Assembly (NCBI GenBank): GCA_964512315.1
Contig: CAZEIK010000003.1
Coordinates: 22,548-86,547, forward strand
Direction of reading: 5' to 3'
From: an uncultured Candidatus Saccharibacteria bacterium
Lineage (GTDB): Bacteria > Patescibacteriota > Minisyncoccia > Phycocordibacterales > UBA5272
Length of the DNA stretch: 64,000 nt
In this document: positions 29,231 to 39,221 of the stretch, piece by piece
Layout: every line of letters begins with the position of its first letter
Position numbering within the stretch: the first letter of the stretch is position 1
Made by a program: the position numbers and the translations under genes
The notes under the pieces: generated by a model
Told to the model about the DNA's origin: nothing
Databases searched by the model: none
The model's input: the letters and a program-made list of their open reading frames with translations, nothing else

Positions 29231-30547
29231 TTATGGCAATATTTCTTTAACTTTTAACTTTTCTACGTTTTTAGGAAAAATGTGAACCCAAAAAGGAGAT
29301 ATAGATATGTCAGCTTTTTCTATTGAAGAAAACTTAGACAGTATACTTGAATATTCTGTTTCATCTTTGGACAAAAGTTCCCGTTTAACTTTTTCATAAT
29401 CTACTGCATATATTAAATTACCTTTTCCTTTTACTGTTATTGTTTTGTCTTTTTGTATGTCTGACTTTGGAGAAATAATAATGTCATTATAAGTTTGTAT
29501 TCTATACTCATCTTTCTTGTCATAAGACTTGTTTACAACTTTGGCCACTCTGTCAGAAAAAGATTTGGAGTCTACCGCCAATACATAAACCGTACCGTAG
29601 ACTTGATATTCTGAGGCTTTACCTGACTCATAATCATTAAGATTGTTGGTGTACACAAAATACATAGTATTAGTAGCATAAAAATAACCCTCTAAGCTCT
29701 TAGCTAGTAAACTCTTAGTCAGTGAGTCTCTTAGGGAATTTTGCATCGAGGTGTCAGCTAAAGCTATTGCATCATCTGAAACTACATATCTCTCGCCAGC
29801 TGCCCCTCCTGTCATATTTTTATATGATTCCGCATAAAAGCCATCGTATCTAGAACTATTCTTGAATCCTGGTATAGTGAAGCGACTAGGCTTAATATTG
29901 TAATTATCACCGAAAGAGTCAGCTGTAACTTTTGCAGCAACAGACCCTGGGGTATTGCCTACTTTACCCGGCACCACAACTGAGTCAGTAATTCTAAAAA
30001 TTATTCCATTAGACTCAAATCTAGTATTCTTAACCAGTTTCTGAGTAGATTCACTATAATTATTATATATAGTAATCTCGCCGACAGCTTTTGATTGCAT
30101 TAACTTTTTCTCAGATCTTTCTAAAGACTTTTTGACCATATCTGAGCTACTAGCGAAATATCCAACTGTAGTAGACGCCAAATTAATCTCTGTGTCCACT
30201 GTAAAAGCGTAAACTCTTGGAGTTATGTTGATGGTGGCGCTATTCCAAACAAAAGTAAACATCATTATCGCAGCAAACAAGAATAACAATGACCCAGCGG
30301 AAAATAATGTAAACTTGCTAATCTTAAAACCTTCACTTTCTTCAGAACTTTGTCTTGCGTAATAACTTTTAATATCTCCTCTTACATCAAAATTATCATC
30401 TTCTGCATCAGTAGCGTACTCATCTGTCTCAAATTCTTCAACTTTTTTATATATCTCTCTTTGATGCGCACGCAAGCCTGGCTGCCTACTCTGGCTAACC
30501 GGTTTTCTAGACGGAGAACTTCGATAAGGTCTTTTGATATCGTCCAT
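29231..30547 (-). CDS. Membrane-anchored hypothetical protein with beta-rich (baseplate J-like) extracellular region
   Basis: Single TM, KAVGEITIYNNY...LVKNTRF, GDNYNIKPSRFTIPGFK, MTGG. Confidence 0.7.
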   Translation of the reverse strand: MDDIKRPYRSSPSRKPVSQSRQPGLRAHQREIYKKVEEFETDEYATDAEDDNFDVRGDIKSYYARQSSEESEGFKISKFTLFSAGSLLFLFAAIMMFTFVWNSATINITPRVYAFTVDTEINLASTTVGYFASSSDMVKKSLERSEKKLMQSKAVGEITIYNNYSESTQKLVKNTRFESNGIIFRITDSVVVPGKVGNTPGSVAAKVTADSFGDNYNIKPSRFTIPGFKNSSRYDGFYAESYKNMTGGAAGERYVVSDDAIALADTSMQNSLRDSLTKSLLAKSLEGYFYATNTMYFVYTNNLNDYESGKASEYQVYGTVYVLAVDSKSFSDRVAKVVNKSYDKKDEYRIQTYNDIIISPKSDIQKDKTITVKGKGNLIYAVDYEKVKRELLSKDETEYSSILSKFSSIEKADISISPFWVHIFPKNVEKLKVKEILP

Positions 30548-30884
30548 AATTAGGTGTATTATCCAAAATTATAGCACGCACCTTATTTTTATTAGTAAAA
30601 AACTGTGCATAACCATACCTCTCTATAATACTTTGGAACCAAATCTGATTCTCTGCGACACGAACATAAACAGTAGTCGGTATTCTCTCGATATAAGATA
30701 TGCTATGCAGTGACCACAAAACATAAGAGAACCAATCATTAGCTGCAGACTCAGACAAATTTCTTTTATTTATTTCATCCAAACCAATAGGTGAAGTATA
30801 TTCAAACATTTTAATACCATTATCAATATACTCTATGTGAGTTCTGTCTTTTTCTATTGATAAAGTTAAAACGTTCTGATTCAT
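30507..30884 (-). CDS. Hypothetical protein
   Basis: 125-aa ORF co-oriented with neighbours. Confidence 0.6.
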   Translation of the reverse strand: MNQNVLTLSIEKDRTHIEYIDNGIKMFEYTSPIGLDEINKRNLSESAANDWFSYVLWSLHSISYIERIPTTVYVRVAENQIWFQSIIERYGYAQFFTNKNKVRAIILDNTPNYGRYQKTLSKFSV

Positions 30885-30887
30885 TTA

Positions 30888-31169
30888 CTATTTAGAATTA
30901 TAAACAAAGAGTGCGGCTAGGACTGCTGGTATAAGAACGAAATATATATCTTCTACTCTAAAAAATACACCACTGTGTAAGAAATAAACTCTTATCGCTC
31001 TATATATATAAAATATTAGTACTGGCAAAAATGTTAACGCAGTGGCAACTTTCATAACATTATCCAAATTAGCGCTAGGAGACCCGCTCATAAGAGCAGC
31101 CGAAACAATAACAAAAAATGAATAACAGATCCAAAATACACCTGCGCCTAAAATTTTTACGAGCATCAT
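30888..31169 (-). CDS. Small membrane protein
   Basis: Three hydrophobic segments. Confidence 0.6.
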   Translation of the reverse strand: MMLVKILGAGVFWICYSFFVIVSAALMSGSPSANLDNVMKVATALTFLPVLIFYIYRAIRVYFLHSGVFFRVEDIYFVLIPAVLAALFVYNSK

Positions 31170-31223
31170 AATAAATTAAGTGTATCAAAGTGTATGACTC
31201 AACGCCAGAAACTTTTCCTTAAT

Positions 31224-31292
31224 AAAAAAGAGACCGCATTGCTGCAGTCTCAAGAGGTTGTGTGTACTGCGGTGGATAAGTCCGCATAATCC
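31224..31292 (-). ncRNA. Candidate small RNA (~70 nt)
   Basis: TTGCTT-17-TATAAT (31327-31299) immediately upstream; 5' hairpin TGCGG-N9-CCGCA; terminator GAGACTGCA-GCAA-TGCGGTCTC-TTTTTT. Confidence 0.5.
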
Positions 31293-31330
31293 AAGTTAAT
31301 TATAAATTTAATAAAATTCAAAAGCAAGTC

Positions 31331-33193
31331 CTACTCCAACACTGCCTTGATACGGCGTACACCTTGGGAGACGGCTTCTTCTTTTGTGATTTTGAATGTT
31401 CCCATGTTGCCAGTTGACTCCACATGTGGACCACCACAGAACTCAAGAGAAAAGTCGCCCACATGATACACGCTAACTGTCTCGCCATATTTGTTATCGA
31501 ACACTCCTATCGCACCCATTTCGCGAGCCTTCTCATATGGAACCTCTTCGCGAGTAACAATTAAATTCTTCTTAATGTTTTCATTTACAATATCTTCAAC
31601 TTTCTTAATCTCATCAGGCGTCATTTTGCCATCATGTGAGAAGTCGAATCGCAATCTCTCGCTAGTGATATTACTGCCCTTTTGATATACATGATCACCC
31701 AGGACCTGACGCAACGCCTCATGCAACATATGTGTTGCTGTGTGGTATTTTGTCTCCATCTCTCCGTCACCACCTAGTCCACCTTTGAATTTACCCACAC
31801 TTGCAGTGCGAGAGGCTTCAGAGTGTTGTTGTTTTAATACTTTAAACCCCTCTGTATCAACTTTTAATCCTTTCTCTTTAGCTAACTCTTCTGTTAACTC
31901 TATTGGGAATCCAAAACTTTGTAAAAGATTGAATGCATCATTAGCATTTATGTTTGCGCTCGATATTTTCTCAAACTCTTTTAAGCCATTCTCTATAGTT
32001 TTTCTGAACTTTGTCTCTTCTTGATCTATGGCGGATTTGATCTCATCTTTCTTTTCAGAAAGGTCTTTGTACTCAGCAGAATAAACATCTATAAAAGTCT
32101 GGGCAACGCGAGCTGTAAAGTTCTCATTAATATTTAACTTCTTTGCAAATCTAACTGCGCGACGAATCAGACGGCGCACGAAATACTGCTGATCTTTGTT
32201 ACCTGGCATCACATCATCACCAATCAAAAATGTTGCTGCACGCAAGTGGTCTAGTATTACTCTGTAGGCATAGACATTGTCACCTTCGTATTTTTGTTTT
32301 GAAATCTCTTCTATAATATTCTTAGCCTCTCCGAATACATCTATATTAAATACATCCGGGTCATCGTTAAGTGCAGCTACAATACGCTCAAGACCTCCTC
32401 CAAAGTCAACATTCTTTTGTTTCAACTCCTCCACACCATCTTCTGTGCGCATATATTGCATGAATACATTGTTGCCAATCTCAACGAATCTACCACAATC
32501 ACAATTAACATGACATGGCTCACTAGCCCACTGACTATTCTTGTGCAAGACTTTTTCTTTATCATGTTCAAAATCATAGAACATCTCAGTATCTGGTCCT
32601 CCTGGCTCACCAACTGGCATATTCTCCGGCACTCCAGCGCGACTCCACCAATTCTTCTTATCAGGGAAGCAGAATATCCTCTCACCATCACGCATACCGT
32701 CCACTTCTGATGTAACGCCAACATTTGCAGTTATTCCTAATGCTGCAAATTTCTCTTGCCATTTAGTGATAGCCACCTCATCGCGACCTATGCCGAGCGA
32801 CTCATTGCCACGATAAACAGTAAAATATAATCTGTTCGGATCTAATTTGATCTTATTAACCAAAAAGTCCCACATTATATCAATCTGTCCCTCTTTAAAG
32901 AAGTCACCGAGTGACCAATTACCGAGCATTTCAAAAAATGTTGTGTGGCGATTGTCTCCTACCTCTTCTATATCTTGTGAACGAAAGCATTTCTGACTGT
33001 CTGCAATACGAGACCCTAACGGATGAGGTTGACCCAGGAGATAAGGCAACATTGGCTGCATACCTGAACCGGTAAATAGTGTTGTCGGGTCATTGTCTGG
33101 AACTAGCTTAGACGAAGCGATTATGGCATGACCATTTTCTTTCATGTGTGTCAGGAATTGCTCGCGCACCAGATTGGTTGTAACTTTATTCAT
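31331..33193 (-). CDS. alaS: Alanine--tRNA ligase (lacking C-Ala domain)
   Basis: DPTTLFTGSGMQP, RHTTFFEMLGNWSLGD, HTATH, EFCGGPHV, GVRRIKA. Confidence 0.97.
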   Translation of the reverse strand: MNKVTTNLVREQFLTHMKENGHAIIASSKLVPDNDPTTLFTGSGMQPMLPYLLGQPHPLGSRIADSQKCFRSQDIEEVGDNRHTTFFEMLGNWSLGDFFKEGQIDIMWDFLVNKIKLDPNRLYFTVYRGNESLGIGRDEVAITKWQEKFAALGITANVGVTSEVDGMRDGERIFCFPDKKNWWSRAGVPENMPVGEPGGPDTEMFYDFEHDKEKVLHKNSQWASEPCHVNCDCGRFVEIGNNVFMQYMRTEDGVEELKQKNVDFGGGLERIVAALNDDPDVFNIDVFGEAKNIIEEISKQKYEGDNVYAYRVILDHLRAATFLIGDDVMPGNKDQQYFVRRLIRRAVRFAKKLNINENFTARVAQTFIDVYSAEYKDLSEKKDEIKSAIDQEETKFRKTIENGLKEFEKISSANINANDAFNLLQSFGFPIELTEELAKEKGLKVDTEGFKVLKQQHSEASRTASVGKFKGGLGGDGEMETKYHTATHMLHEALRQVLGDHVYQKGSNITSERLRFDFSHDGKMTPDEIKKVEDIVNENIKKNLIVTREEVPYEKAREMGAIGVFDNKYGETVSVYHVGDFSLEFCGGPHVESTGNMGTFKITKEEAVSQGVRRIKAVLE

Positions 33194-33215
33194 ATTTAAA
33201 ATATAACACAAAAGA

Positions 33216-34172
33216 CTATTCCACAAAAGACGGCCTCCCGCGCAAGCTTCTTGTCTCTACAGTCTTGTATATTACATGTCCCGAGTTATCTATATCCATA
33301 ATTACTCCTAAGCCCTGTTGAGTAGATGTAGAAAAGTACTGGTCGAAAACGAAATTGCCAAGCGAATAATAAATAGGCACCCCATGATAATACCCAACAT
33401 CTTGAACAACATGTGGGTGGGCACCAATAACGAGATCAACTCCAGCGTCTATCATCTTGTGAGCCAAATCTTCTTGGAATTTGTTGTGAACCTTGTCATA
33501 TTCATTACCCCAATGTATATAAATCACAATGCCAGCATCCACGAATTTCTTGTCTAACTCTTTTATATTTTCAATTATTACATTCTCATCAAAATCGTAA
33601 TTAATAACGTTAACACCATAGATAATAACGTCATGACCACCAAGCTTCGCCACTATAACGTCTTTGTTTGTATTATCAAAATTCCCAGTGTAGGCAATAC
33701 CAACTTCATTCAAAACTTTCTTGCTATTCTCATAACCAGCCACACCGTGATCGTAACCGTGATTATTAGCAAGAGATACGGCGTCGAGCCCTAATGTTCC
33801 AAGCTTTTGTATTATGTCAGAACGAAAAGAAAATTGAAATCCAAGATTGCTAGTATGCACGTGTTTTTCTGGTATTGGACCTTCGAGATTAGCAACAGTG
33901 AATGTGTCACTGAACATTCTAGTGGCCGAAGAGAACATATAGTCGAATCCCTTTTTATCTATGCTGGTCTCGACATCACGACCAACCATTATGTCTCCTA
34001 AGAAAAGTATTGGCTTGTTCTCAATTTTGTTCTCATTTTCCACTATTTGTTCCTGTTTTGTACTTGTATATACAAGGTCCTGTTTTTGGGTTTGTTTTCT
34101 AAATATAAAAACCACCAAAACACCTACCAGTGCAAGAAAAAGTATAGCTAATAATATTTTCTTAGTTCTCAT
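33216..34172 (-). CDS. CapA family metallophosphoesterase-fold protein
   Basis: GDIMVGR, ANLEGP, LANNHGYD, HWGNEY, GAHPHVVQ, YSLGNFVFDQ; start moved past the tRNA. Confidence 0.9.
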   Translation of the reverse strand: MRTKKILLAILFLALVGVLVVFIFRKQTQKQDLVYTSTKQEQIVENENKIENKPILFLGDIMVGRDVETSIDKKGFDYMFSSATRMFSDTFTVANLEGPIPEKHVHTSNLGFQFSFRSDIIQKLGTLGLDAVSLANNHGYDHGVAGYENSKKVLNEVGIAYTGNFDNTNKDVIVAKLGGHDVIIYGVNVINYDFDENVIIENIKELDKKFVDAGIVIYIHWGNEYDKVHNKFQEDLAHKMIDAGVDLVIGAHPHVVQDVGYYHGVPIYYSLGNFVFDQYFSTSTQQGLGVIMDIDNSGHVIYKTVETRSLRGRPSFVE

Positions 34173-34189
34173 CTTAAAAGTATAGCAAA

Positions 34190-34265
34190 TGGAGCCGACG
34201 ACCGGGATTGAACCGGTGACCTCGTCATTACCAATGACGTGCTCTACCAACTGAGCTACGACGGC
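34190..34265 (-). tRNA. tRNA-Thr(GGT), CCA encoded
   Basis: GCCGTCGTAGCTCAGTTGGTAGAGCACGTCA-TTGGTAA-TGACGAGGTCACCGGTTCAATCCCGGTCGTCGGCTCCA cloverleaf. Confidence 0.97.
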
Positions 34266-34290
34266 GAATAGCAAAGATTATAACACAAAT

Positions 34291-34998
34291 CTATTTCTTT
34301 TTGCTTTGGATTTTGGCTAAGGATTCCATTTTCCATTCATCTATCAATTTGTGATTGCCGGATAACAAGACTTTAGGCACAGCGTACCTCTTGCCATTGT
34401 GCTCATACACCTCAGGGCGGGCATATATCTCATGCGTGCTAACCCTAGTCTCCTCTAGACTGTTCTCATCATGCAATACACCTTTTACTTGTCTTGAGAT
34501 GGAGTCAATACAAACCATAGCGGCTAACTCGCCACCAGTTAACACATAGTTGCCTATACTCCACTCGCTAGCCTTTAAAATCTTTTTTACTCTACTGTCC
34601 ACTCCTTCGTATCTGCCACATATAAAAATAATATCTGTGTAATTCTTGGCAGATTTCTTGGCTGTCTCTGTTCTGAACTCTTCACCCCCTGGACTAAATA
34701 GTACTATTTTAACTTTTGACTTATTCTCAGACTTTTTATCTTTCTTGTCTATATCTTTTTTTATCTTTTCTACAAGGTTAACAATAGGGTCAACCCACAT
34801 GACCATACCAGGACCTCCTCCATAAGGTCTGCCATCCACACGCTTGTGTTTGTCCTTGGTATACTCACGCAAAGCATAAGTCTTCACATTGATTAGCTTA
34901 TTGTCTATAGCACGAGAAATAATGCTCTCAGCGAAATACGACTGGAACATTTCTGGGAATATTGTAACTATATGATATGTTAAAGCCCGCTTCTTCAC
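34291..34998 (-). CDS. trmD: tRNA (guanine37-N1)-methyltransferase
   Basis: TIFPEMF, VDGRPYGGGPGMVM, CGRYEGVD, SIGNYVLTGGE. Confidence 0.97.
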   Translation of the reverse strand: MKKRALTYHIVTIFPEMFQSYFAESIISRAIDNKLINVKTYALREYTKDKHKRVDGRPYGGGPGMVMWVDPIVNLVEKIKKDIDKKDKKSENKSKVKIVLFSPGGEEFRTETAKKSAKNYTDIIFICGRYEGVDSRVKKILKASEWSIGNYVLTGGELAAMVCIDSISRQVKGVLHDENSLEETRVSTHEIYARPEVYEHNGKRYAVPKVLLSGNHKLIDEWKMESLAKIQSKKK

Positions 34999-35036
34999 GG
35001 GCTTAACATTACATTATTTTTGACTTTTTGTCGAAA

Positions 35037-35333
35037 TTACTCGTGTATAAAGCTGTCCTCTACGTGCTGAGTTGGGGTATGTGTGCTGCCAGCTGGCTCG
35101 TTAATTTTAAGATTAACGCGAGCGTTATTCTTCATACCAACAACACGGAGTATCGTTCTGATTGCTTTTGCAGTATTACCCATCTTACCAATAACCTTTG
35201 GCATGTCGTGAGAATCAACATCGAGAGTAATCAGCACCCCCATCTCATCCACCTTGCGAGTAACTACTACCTTATCCGGATTATCTACAATAGACTTAAC
35301 AACGTATTCTACGAATTCTTGATCTTTGTGCAT
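35037..35333 (-). CDS. khpA: KH-domain RNA-binding protein KhpA
   Basis: VKSIVDNPD, DMPKVIGKMGNTAKAIRTIL; follows rpsP. Confidence 0.9.
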   Translation of the reverse strand: MHKDQEFVEYVVKSIVDNPDKVVVTRKVDEMGVLITLDVDSHDMPKVIGKMGNTAKAIRTILRVVGMKNNARVNLKINEPAGSTHTPTQHVEDSFIHE

Positions 35334-35372
35334 ATATTTAATTGTTATGTTACTAGTGTAACAAAAGGTCAA

Positions 35373-35669
35373 CTATTTTGCTGCCTCTTTTTTAACAGGT
35401 GACTTCTTAGGAAGAACGTTTATCTTTCTACCCTCTAGAACTCCTTTTGAAATAAGAAGGTTGTAAACAGTAGGACTAGCTTGAGCTCCAACTCCCATCC
35501 AATATTTAACACGATCAGCCTTACACTCGAACTCTCCAGCTTTAACATTGTAAGTTCCTAATATCTCGTTGTATTGAGTAGTTTTAGGTTTTAGATAGTG
35601 AGGAGTAACCACAAGGCGAAAATGTGGATCATTCTTGCGACCTATTCTTTGTAGACGAATTTTTAGCAT
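35373..35669 (-). CDS. rpsP: 30S ribosomal protein S16
   Basis: MLKIRLQRIGRKNDPHFRLVV, YWMGVGAQASPTV. Confidence 0.97.
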   Translation of the reverse strand: MLKIRLQRIGRKNDPHFRLVVTPHYLKPKTTQYNEILGTYNVKAGEFECKADRVKYWMGVGAQASPTVYNLLISKGVLEGRKINVLPKKSPVKKEAAK

Positions 35670-35756
35670 ATAAATTTAAGTGAAAGTATTATAACACATA
35701 TTTTAAAAAAGAAAAAGCCCGCTCGGGAGAAGGCTTTTTACTGGACCCAGAGATGG

Positions 35757-36302
35757 TTAACGTTTTACGAGATTGTCCTTCAGTGGTGGATGATCGTCAG
35801 CAAGGCGTCCGTTAAGTTCCTTATGACAACTAAGACATGTGTACATGAGTCGAGCATTTCCCCAGCAATTAGTTAATGTTTTCTTCTCTTGCAGACCATC
35901 GACACATGGCTTGTGATGACAGGGCTTAGTTTTGTCGAGTTCAAAACTTGGTCCATGACATGTCCACCAAGCAATATGACCATTCTTTGGCCAAAGTTGC
36001 TCGAGCAGTTGCTCAATTGTTGGTTCTGGCATGCCACCTTCCAACTTTTCTAACTGACTCAAGTCCAAACCCTCAACTACAAGGTATTCATCTTTTTGTT
36101 TTGTCCACCCATGAAATACAAAATCTGAAACGGTGTGGGCATTGCACAAAACTCTTGGGAAGTTTACAGTTGCCAAACCTTTCCGAGTAATAGCAACGAT
36201 AACCCCTGGCGTACCGTCATCACCCATATACGTATCTGGAGTAACAACTTTTACGACATCACCAACCTTAAGGTCAGCGCGAACAGTGACTTGATTGCTC
36301 AT
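35757..36302 (-). CDS. Orphan protein with KOW/SH3-like N-terminus and Cys/His-rich C-terminus
   Basis: GGAG SD, TTGACA at 36360-36355, terminator-like hairpin 35712-35739; LKVGDVVKVV...GVIVAI; CHHKPC, CLSCH. Confidence 0.7.
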   Translation of the reverse strand: MSNQVTVRADLKVGDVVKVVTPDTYMGDDGTPGVIVAITRKGLATVNFPRVLCNAHTVSDFVFHGWTKQKDEYLVVEGLDLSQLEKLEGGMPEPTIEQLLEQLWPKNGHIAWWTCHGPSFELDKTKPCHHKPCVDGLQEKKTLTNCWGNARLMYTCLSCHKELNGRLADDHPPLKDNLVKR

Positions 36303-36366
36303 AGCAACACTCCGTTTGTTGATCTAAACAAAAACTACTCTTTATGTAAGAAATTGTCAACAAAAG

Positions 36367-38271
36367 TTAATCTATAAGTTTGTAGTCGAGCTGGCGCATC
36401 TCAAGGTCAGCCTGCTTAACCTCAATCCTTACAATATCACCAATTCTCCACTCTTTACCCTCACGCTCACCGAATACACGCTGCCTCTTCTCATCATAAA
36501 CATAAAAGTCATTACCCAGGTCACGAAGTCTTATCATACCTTCACATTTAGACTTCTTCTCTTCTACAAAGATACCCCATTTTGCAACACCTGAGACCAC
36601 TCCTTCGAATACTTGACCAACTCTCTCAGACATATACTCTACTTGCTTATACTTGATACTACCACGCTCAGCATCTGCCGCCTCCTTCTCACGAAGGCTA
36701 GCATGTAGACACAGCTTCTCAAGTGCAGATCTCTCTTCCTCTTGTGGCATATCACTATGCAGCACCCTGTCTAACAATCTGTGAGTTAGAACGTCTGGGT
36801 AACGACGAATTGGTGAAGTAAAGTGTGAATAATATTCAAAAGCTAATCCATAATGCCCAACATTATCAGTGCTGTACACCGCCTTCTGCATGCTGCGAGT
36901 TATGTTTGTTTGGAGCAAGTCCTTCTCAGGTCTACCTTCTACTTTTTTAAGAAGATCGTTAAGATCTTGTGAAGGTATAACCCCGTCAGTGAATCTAACT
37001 GTATAACCCAGAGCTTTGATGAATAAATTAAGATCATGCATCTTCTCAGCATCAGGCTTATCATGAATACGATAAATACAAATTGGCTTTTTCAACTTCT
37101 GACTCTTGGTTATAAACTCTGAGACTTTGCGATTAGCTAATAGCATCAGCTCCTCTATCATCTTATGAGTGTCACCACGGACTTTGATATATACATCAAC
37201 TGGCTTACCATTCTCATCTAACTTGAACTTAACCTCTTCACTGTCTAATGACAATGCACCATTCTCGAATCGGGCTTTGGTCATTTTCTTAGCTATATTA
37301 TTCAAAATATGCAGCTCCTCGCTGTGTAGCCCATTACTATCCATTGACTCCTGAGCGTTCTCATAAGTGAACCTTTTGGCACTATTAATAACCGAGCGAC
37401 CATACCACTCTTCATAAATATTACAATCATCATCAATTGTAAAAACAGCACTCATAACTAGTCTATCTTTTCCTTCCACAAGACTACATAGATCATTAGA
37501 AAGCTCCTCAGGTAACATCGGTATACATCTGTCCACCAAGTAGACACTAGTCTCGCGCTCAATAGCCTCTTCGTCTAAGTGAGTACCAGGCTTAACATAA
37601 TAACTAACGTCTGCAATGTGTATACCGACTTCGTATTTGCCATCACCTAGATTCTTAAATGATATAGCATCATCAAAATCCTTAGCGTCAGCCGGGTCAA
37701 TTGTAAATGTTAATGTATTTCTAAAGTCTCTTCTGCCTACTATGTCAGTCTCAGTTATCCCTCTCTCTTGCAGAGCATGCGCCTCTTTTGCAACTTCTAC
37801 TTTATGTTCATCGCTGAATCCGCGCTCAAGAGCATAAGCCAGCATCTCTGCATTATTCTCACCAGGACGACCCAACACCTTGACTACGCGACCCCATGGC
37901 ATCTCACGAGCATTCTGCCACTCTATTATCTCAACTGCCACTTTCATACCAGGCTCAGCATCCATAGCCGCATCCTTTTTAACTAGAATGTTAGTGTATG
38001 TCTTTTTATCATGAGGAACTAAGACATATACACCTTTCTCCTCTTTGAGTATACCGGCGTGAGCATGCTTGCCTCTGGACTCGATACTAAGTATCTTGCC
38101 GAACATTTGACCATCATCTTGCTTGCCGAGCACCTCAACAGTAACCCTGTCCCCCTGAAGAGCGGTAGCGAGATGTATGCTGCTAACGAAAATACTTTGA
38201 TAATCTAGCTCCGGAACACGAACATATGCGTCATTGTCCTTGGTTATCGATACTGTACCTTGATAAGTCAT
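36367..38271 (-). CDS. rnr: Ribonuclease R
   Basis: TIDPADAKDFDDAIS, HIADVS, HFTSPIRRYPD, C-terminal S1 domain. Confidence 0.95.
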   Translation of the reverse strand: MTYQGTVSITKDNDAYVRVPELDYQSIFVSSIHLATALQGDRVTVEVLGKQDDGQMFGKILSIESRGKHAHAGILKEEKGVYVLVPHDKKTYTNILVKKDAAMDAEPGMKVAVEIIEWQNAREMPWGRVVKVLGRPGENNAEMLAYALERGFSDEHKVEVAKEAHALQERGITETDIVGRRDFRNTLTFTIDPADAKDFDDAISFKNLGDGKYEVGIHIADVSYYVKPGTHLDEEAIERETSVYLVDRCIPMLPEELSNDLCSLVEGKDRLVMSAVFTIDDDCNIYEEWYGRSVINSAKRFTYENAQESMDSNGLHSEELHILNNIAKKMTKARFENGALSLDSEEVKFKLDENGKPVDVYIKVRGDTHKMIEELMLLANRKVSEFITKSQKLKKPICIYRIHDKPDAEKMHDLNLFIKALGYTVRFTDGVIPSQDLNDLLKKVEGRPEKDLLQTNITRSMQKAVYSTDNVGHYGLAFEYYSHFTSPIRRYPDVLTHRLLDRVLHSDMPQEEERSALEKLCLHASLREKEAADAERGSIKYKQVEYMSERVGQVFEGVVSGVAKWGIFVEEKKSKCEGMIRLRDLGNDFYVYDEKRQRVFGEREGKEWRIGDIVRIEVKQADLEMRQLDYKLID

Positions 38272-38288
38272 TGCTATCGATTATAACA

Positions 38289-38579
38289 CTACTTAACCTC
38301 GTCTCCTACACGCTTACCTTCTATATATGTCTCTAAGAATCTAAGCTCAGCCGCAACTGACTCATCCCAAGTCTCTCCAGTTTCAAGTGCACGACGTTTC
38401 GCCATATAGTTAATATATGTTGGATATATTAGCTCAGGGTAAGCATTAAAAAGTCTATATATTTCAATCTGATTATCAATAGGAAGTGTTGCAATACCAG
38501 CCTCAAAAGCCCTAACCTCTGGATAAGACATATTGCTCGCACGTATAAGATCTCTTAATTGCTTGATAATTTGCTTCAT
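38289..38579 (-). CDS. Hypothetical protein
   Basis: 96-aa ORF, co-oriented, plausible helical composition. Confidence 0.65.
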   Translation of the reverse strand: MKQIIKQLRDLIRASNMSYPEVRAFEAGIATLPIDNQIEIYRLFNAYPELIYPTYINYMAKRRALETGETWDESVAAELRFLETYIEGKRVGDEVK

Positions 38580-38623
38580 TTATATGATTAAACTAACACT
38601 AATGTTTTTTTAAGTCAAACAAC

Positions 38624-38923
38624 TTATACAGACTTATTTATTTGCTCACCAGCAATTATAAGTGTTGCAATAGCGTCAGCTTGCCTTAACAAACTAGCAG
38701 CATCTTCACCTCCATCCTCTAAAACACCCTTAGCAGAAGCAATGTCTGCAACCCTAAACATATCTTTCAACCTCGTTGCCAATTCTTCATCTCTAACAAT
38801 TTTGCCTTCATTGTCTTCAACTTTGTCTGTAAGGACTGGTACTGAGTCTAGGTCAACAACTTCAGTATCTTCCACACCACTCTCGTTACCATTTGCACCC
38901 AAGCCTCTTAATTCCAATGACAT
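38624..38923 (-). CDS. Hypothetical acidic protein
   Basis: ORF; start placed at ATG 38923 (MSLELRG). Confidence 0.6.
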   Translation of the reverse strand: MSLELRGLGANGNESGVEDTEVVDLDSVPVLTDKVEDNEGKIVRDEELATRLKDMFRVADIASAKGVLEDGGEDAASLLRQADAIATLIIAGEQINKSV

Positions 38924-39050
38924 AAAGTTATAGATAAATGTTTTTAATACTTTCGAGTGTACACCCACATGACGGACTTAATCAAGTCGAAAATGTGTGT
39001 TATAATAATCAAACTTGAATTTTAGATACAAATTCTAAATTTTAAGAGTT

Positions 39051-39121
39051 TGGCGGATCGTCTAATGGTAGGACAGCAGCCTTTGAAGCTGTGAATATAA
39101 GTTCGATTCTTATTCCGCCAG
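39051..39121 (+). tRNA. tRNA-Gln(TTG)
   Basis: TGGCGGA/TCCGCCA acceptor stem, CAGC-CTTTGAA-GCTG anticodon arm, GTTCGATTC T-loop. Confidence 0.93.
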
Positions 39122-39221
39122 CAACTGTTTTAAATATAACTTAATCTATTGTCAAAATAGACGTGACTTATGTTGTCACAGATTTTTTATAATAAACACT
39201 AATAAATGTTATGCTACAAAT

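Noticed and set aside
29231-30547. Baseplate J-like similarity as a phage tail or injection system
   Set aside because: Single membrane-anchored gene in core context with no tail, sheath or capsid genes
34173-34274. N-terminal extension of the CapA ORF
   Set aside because: Overlaps tRNA-Thr; the real start is ATG 34172 before the TM segment
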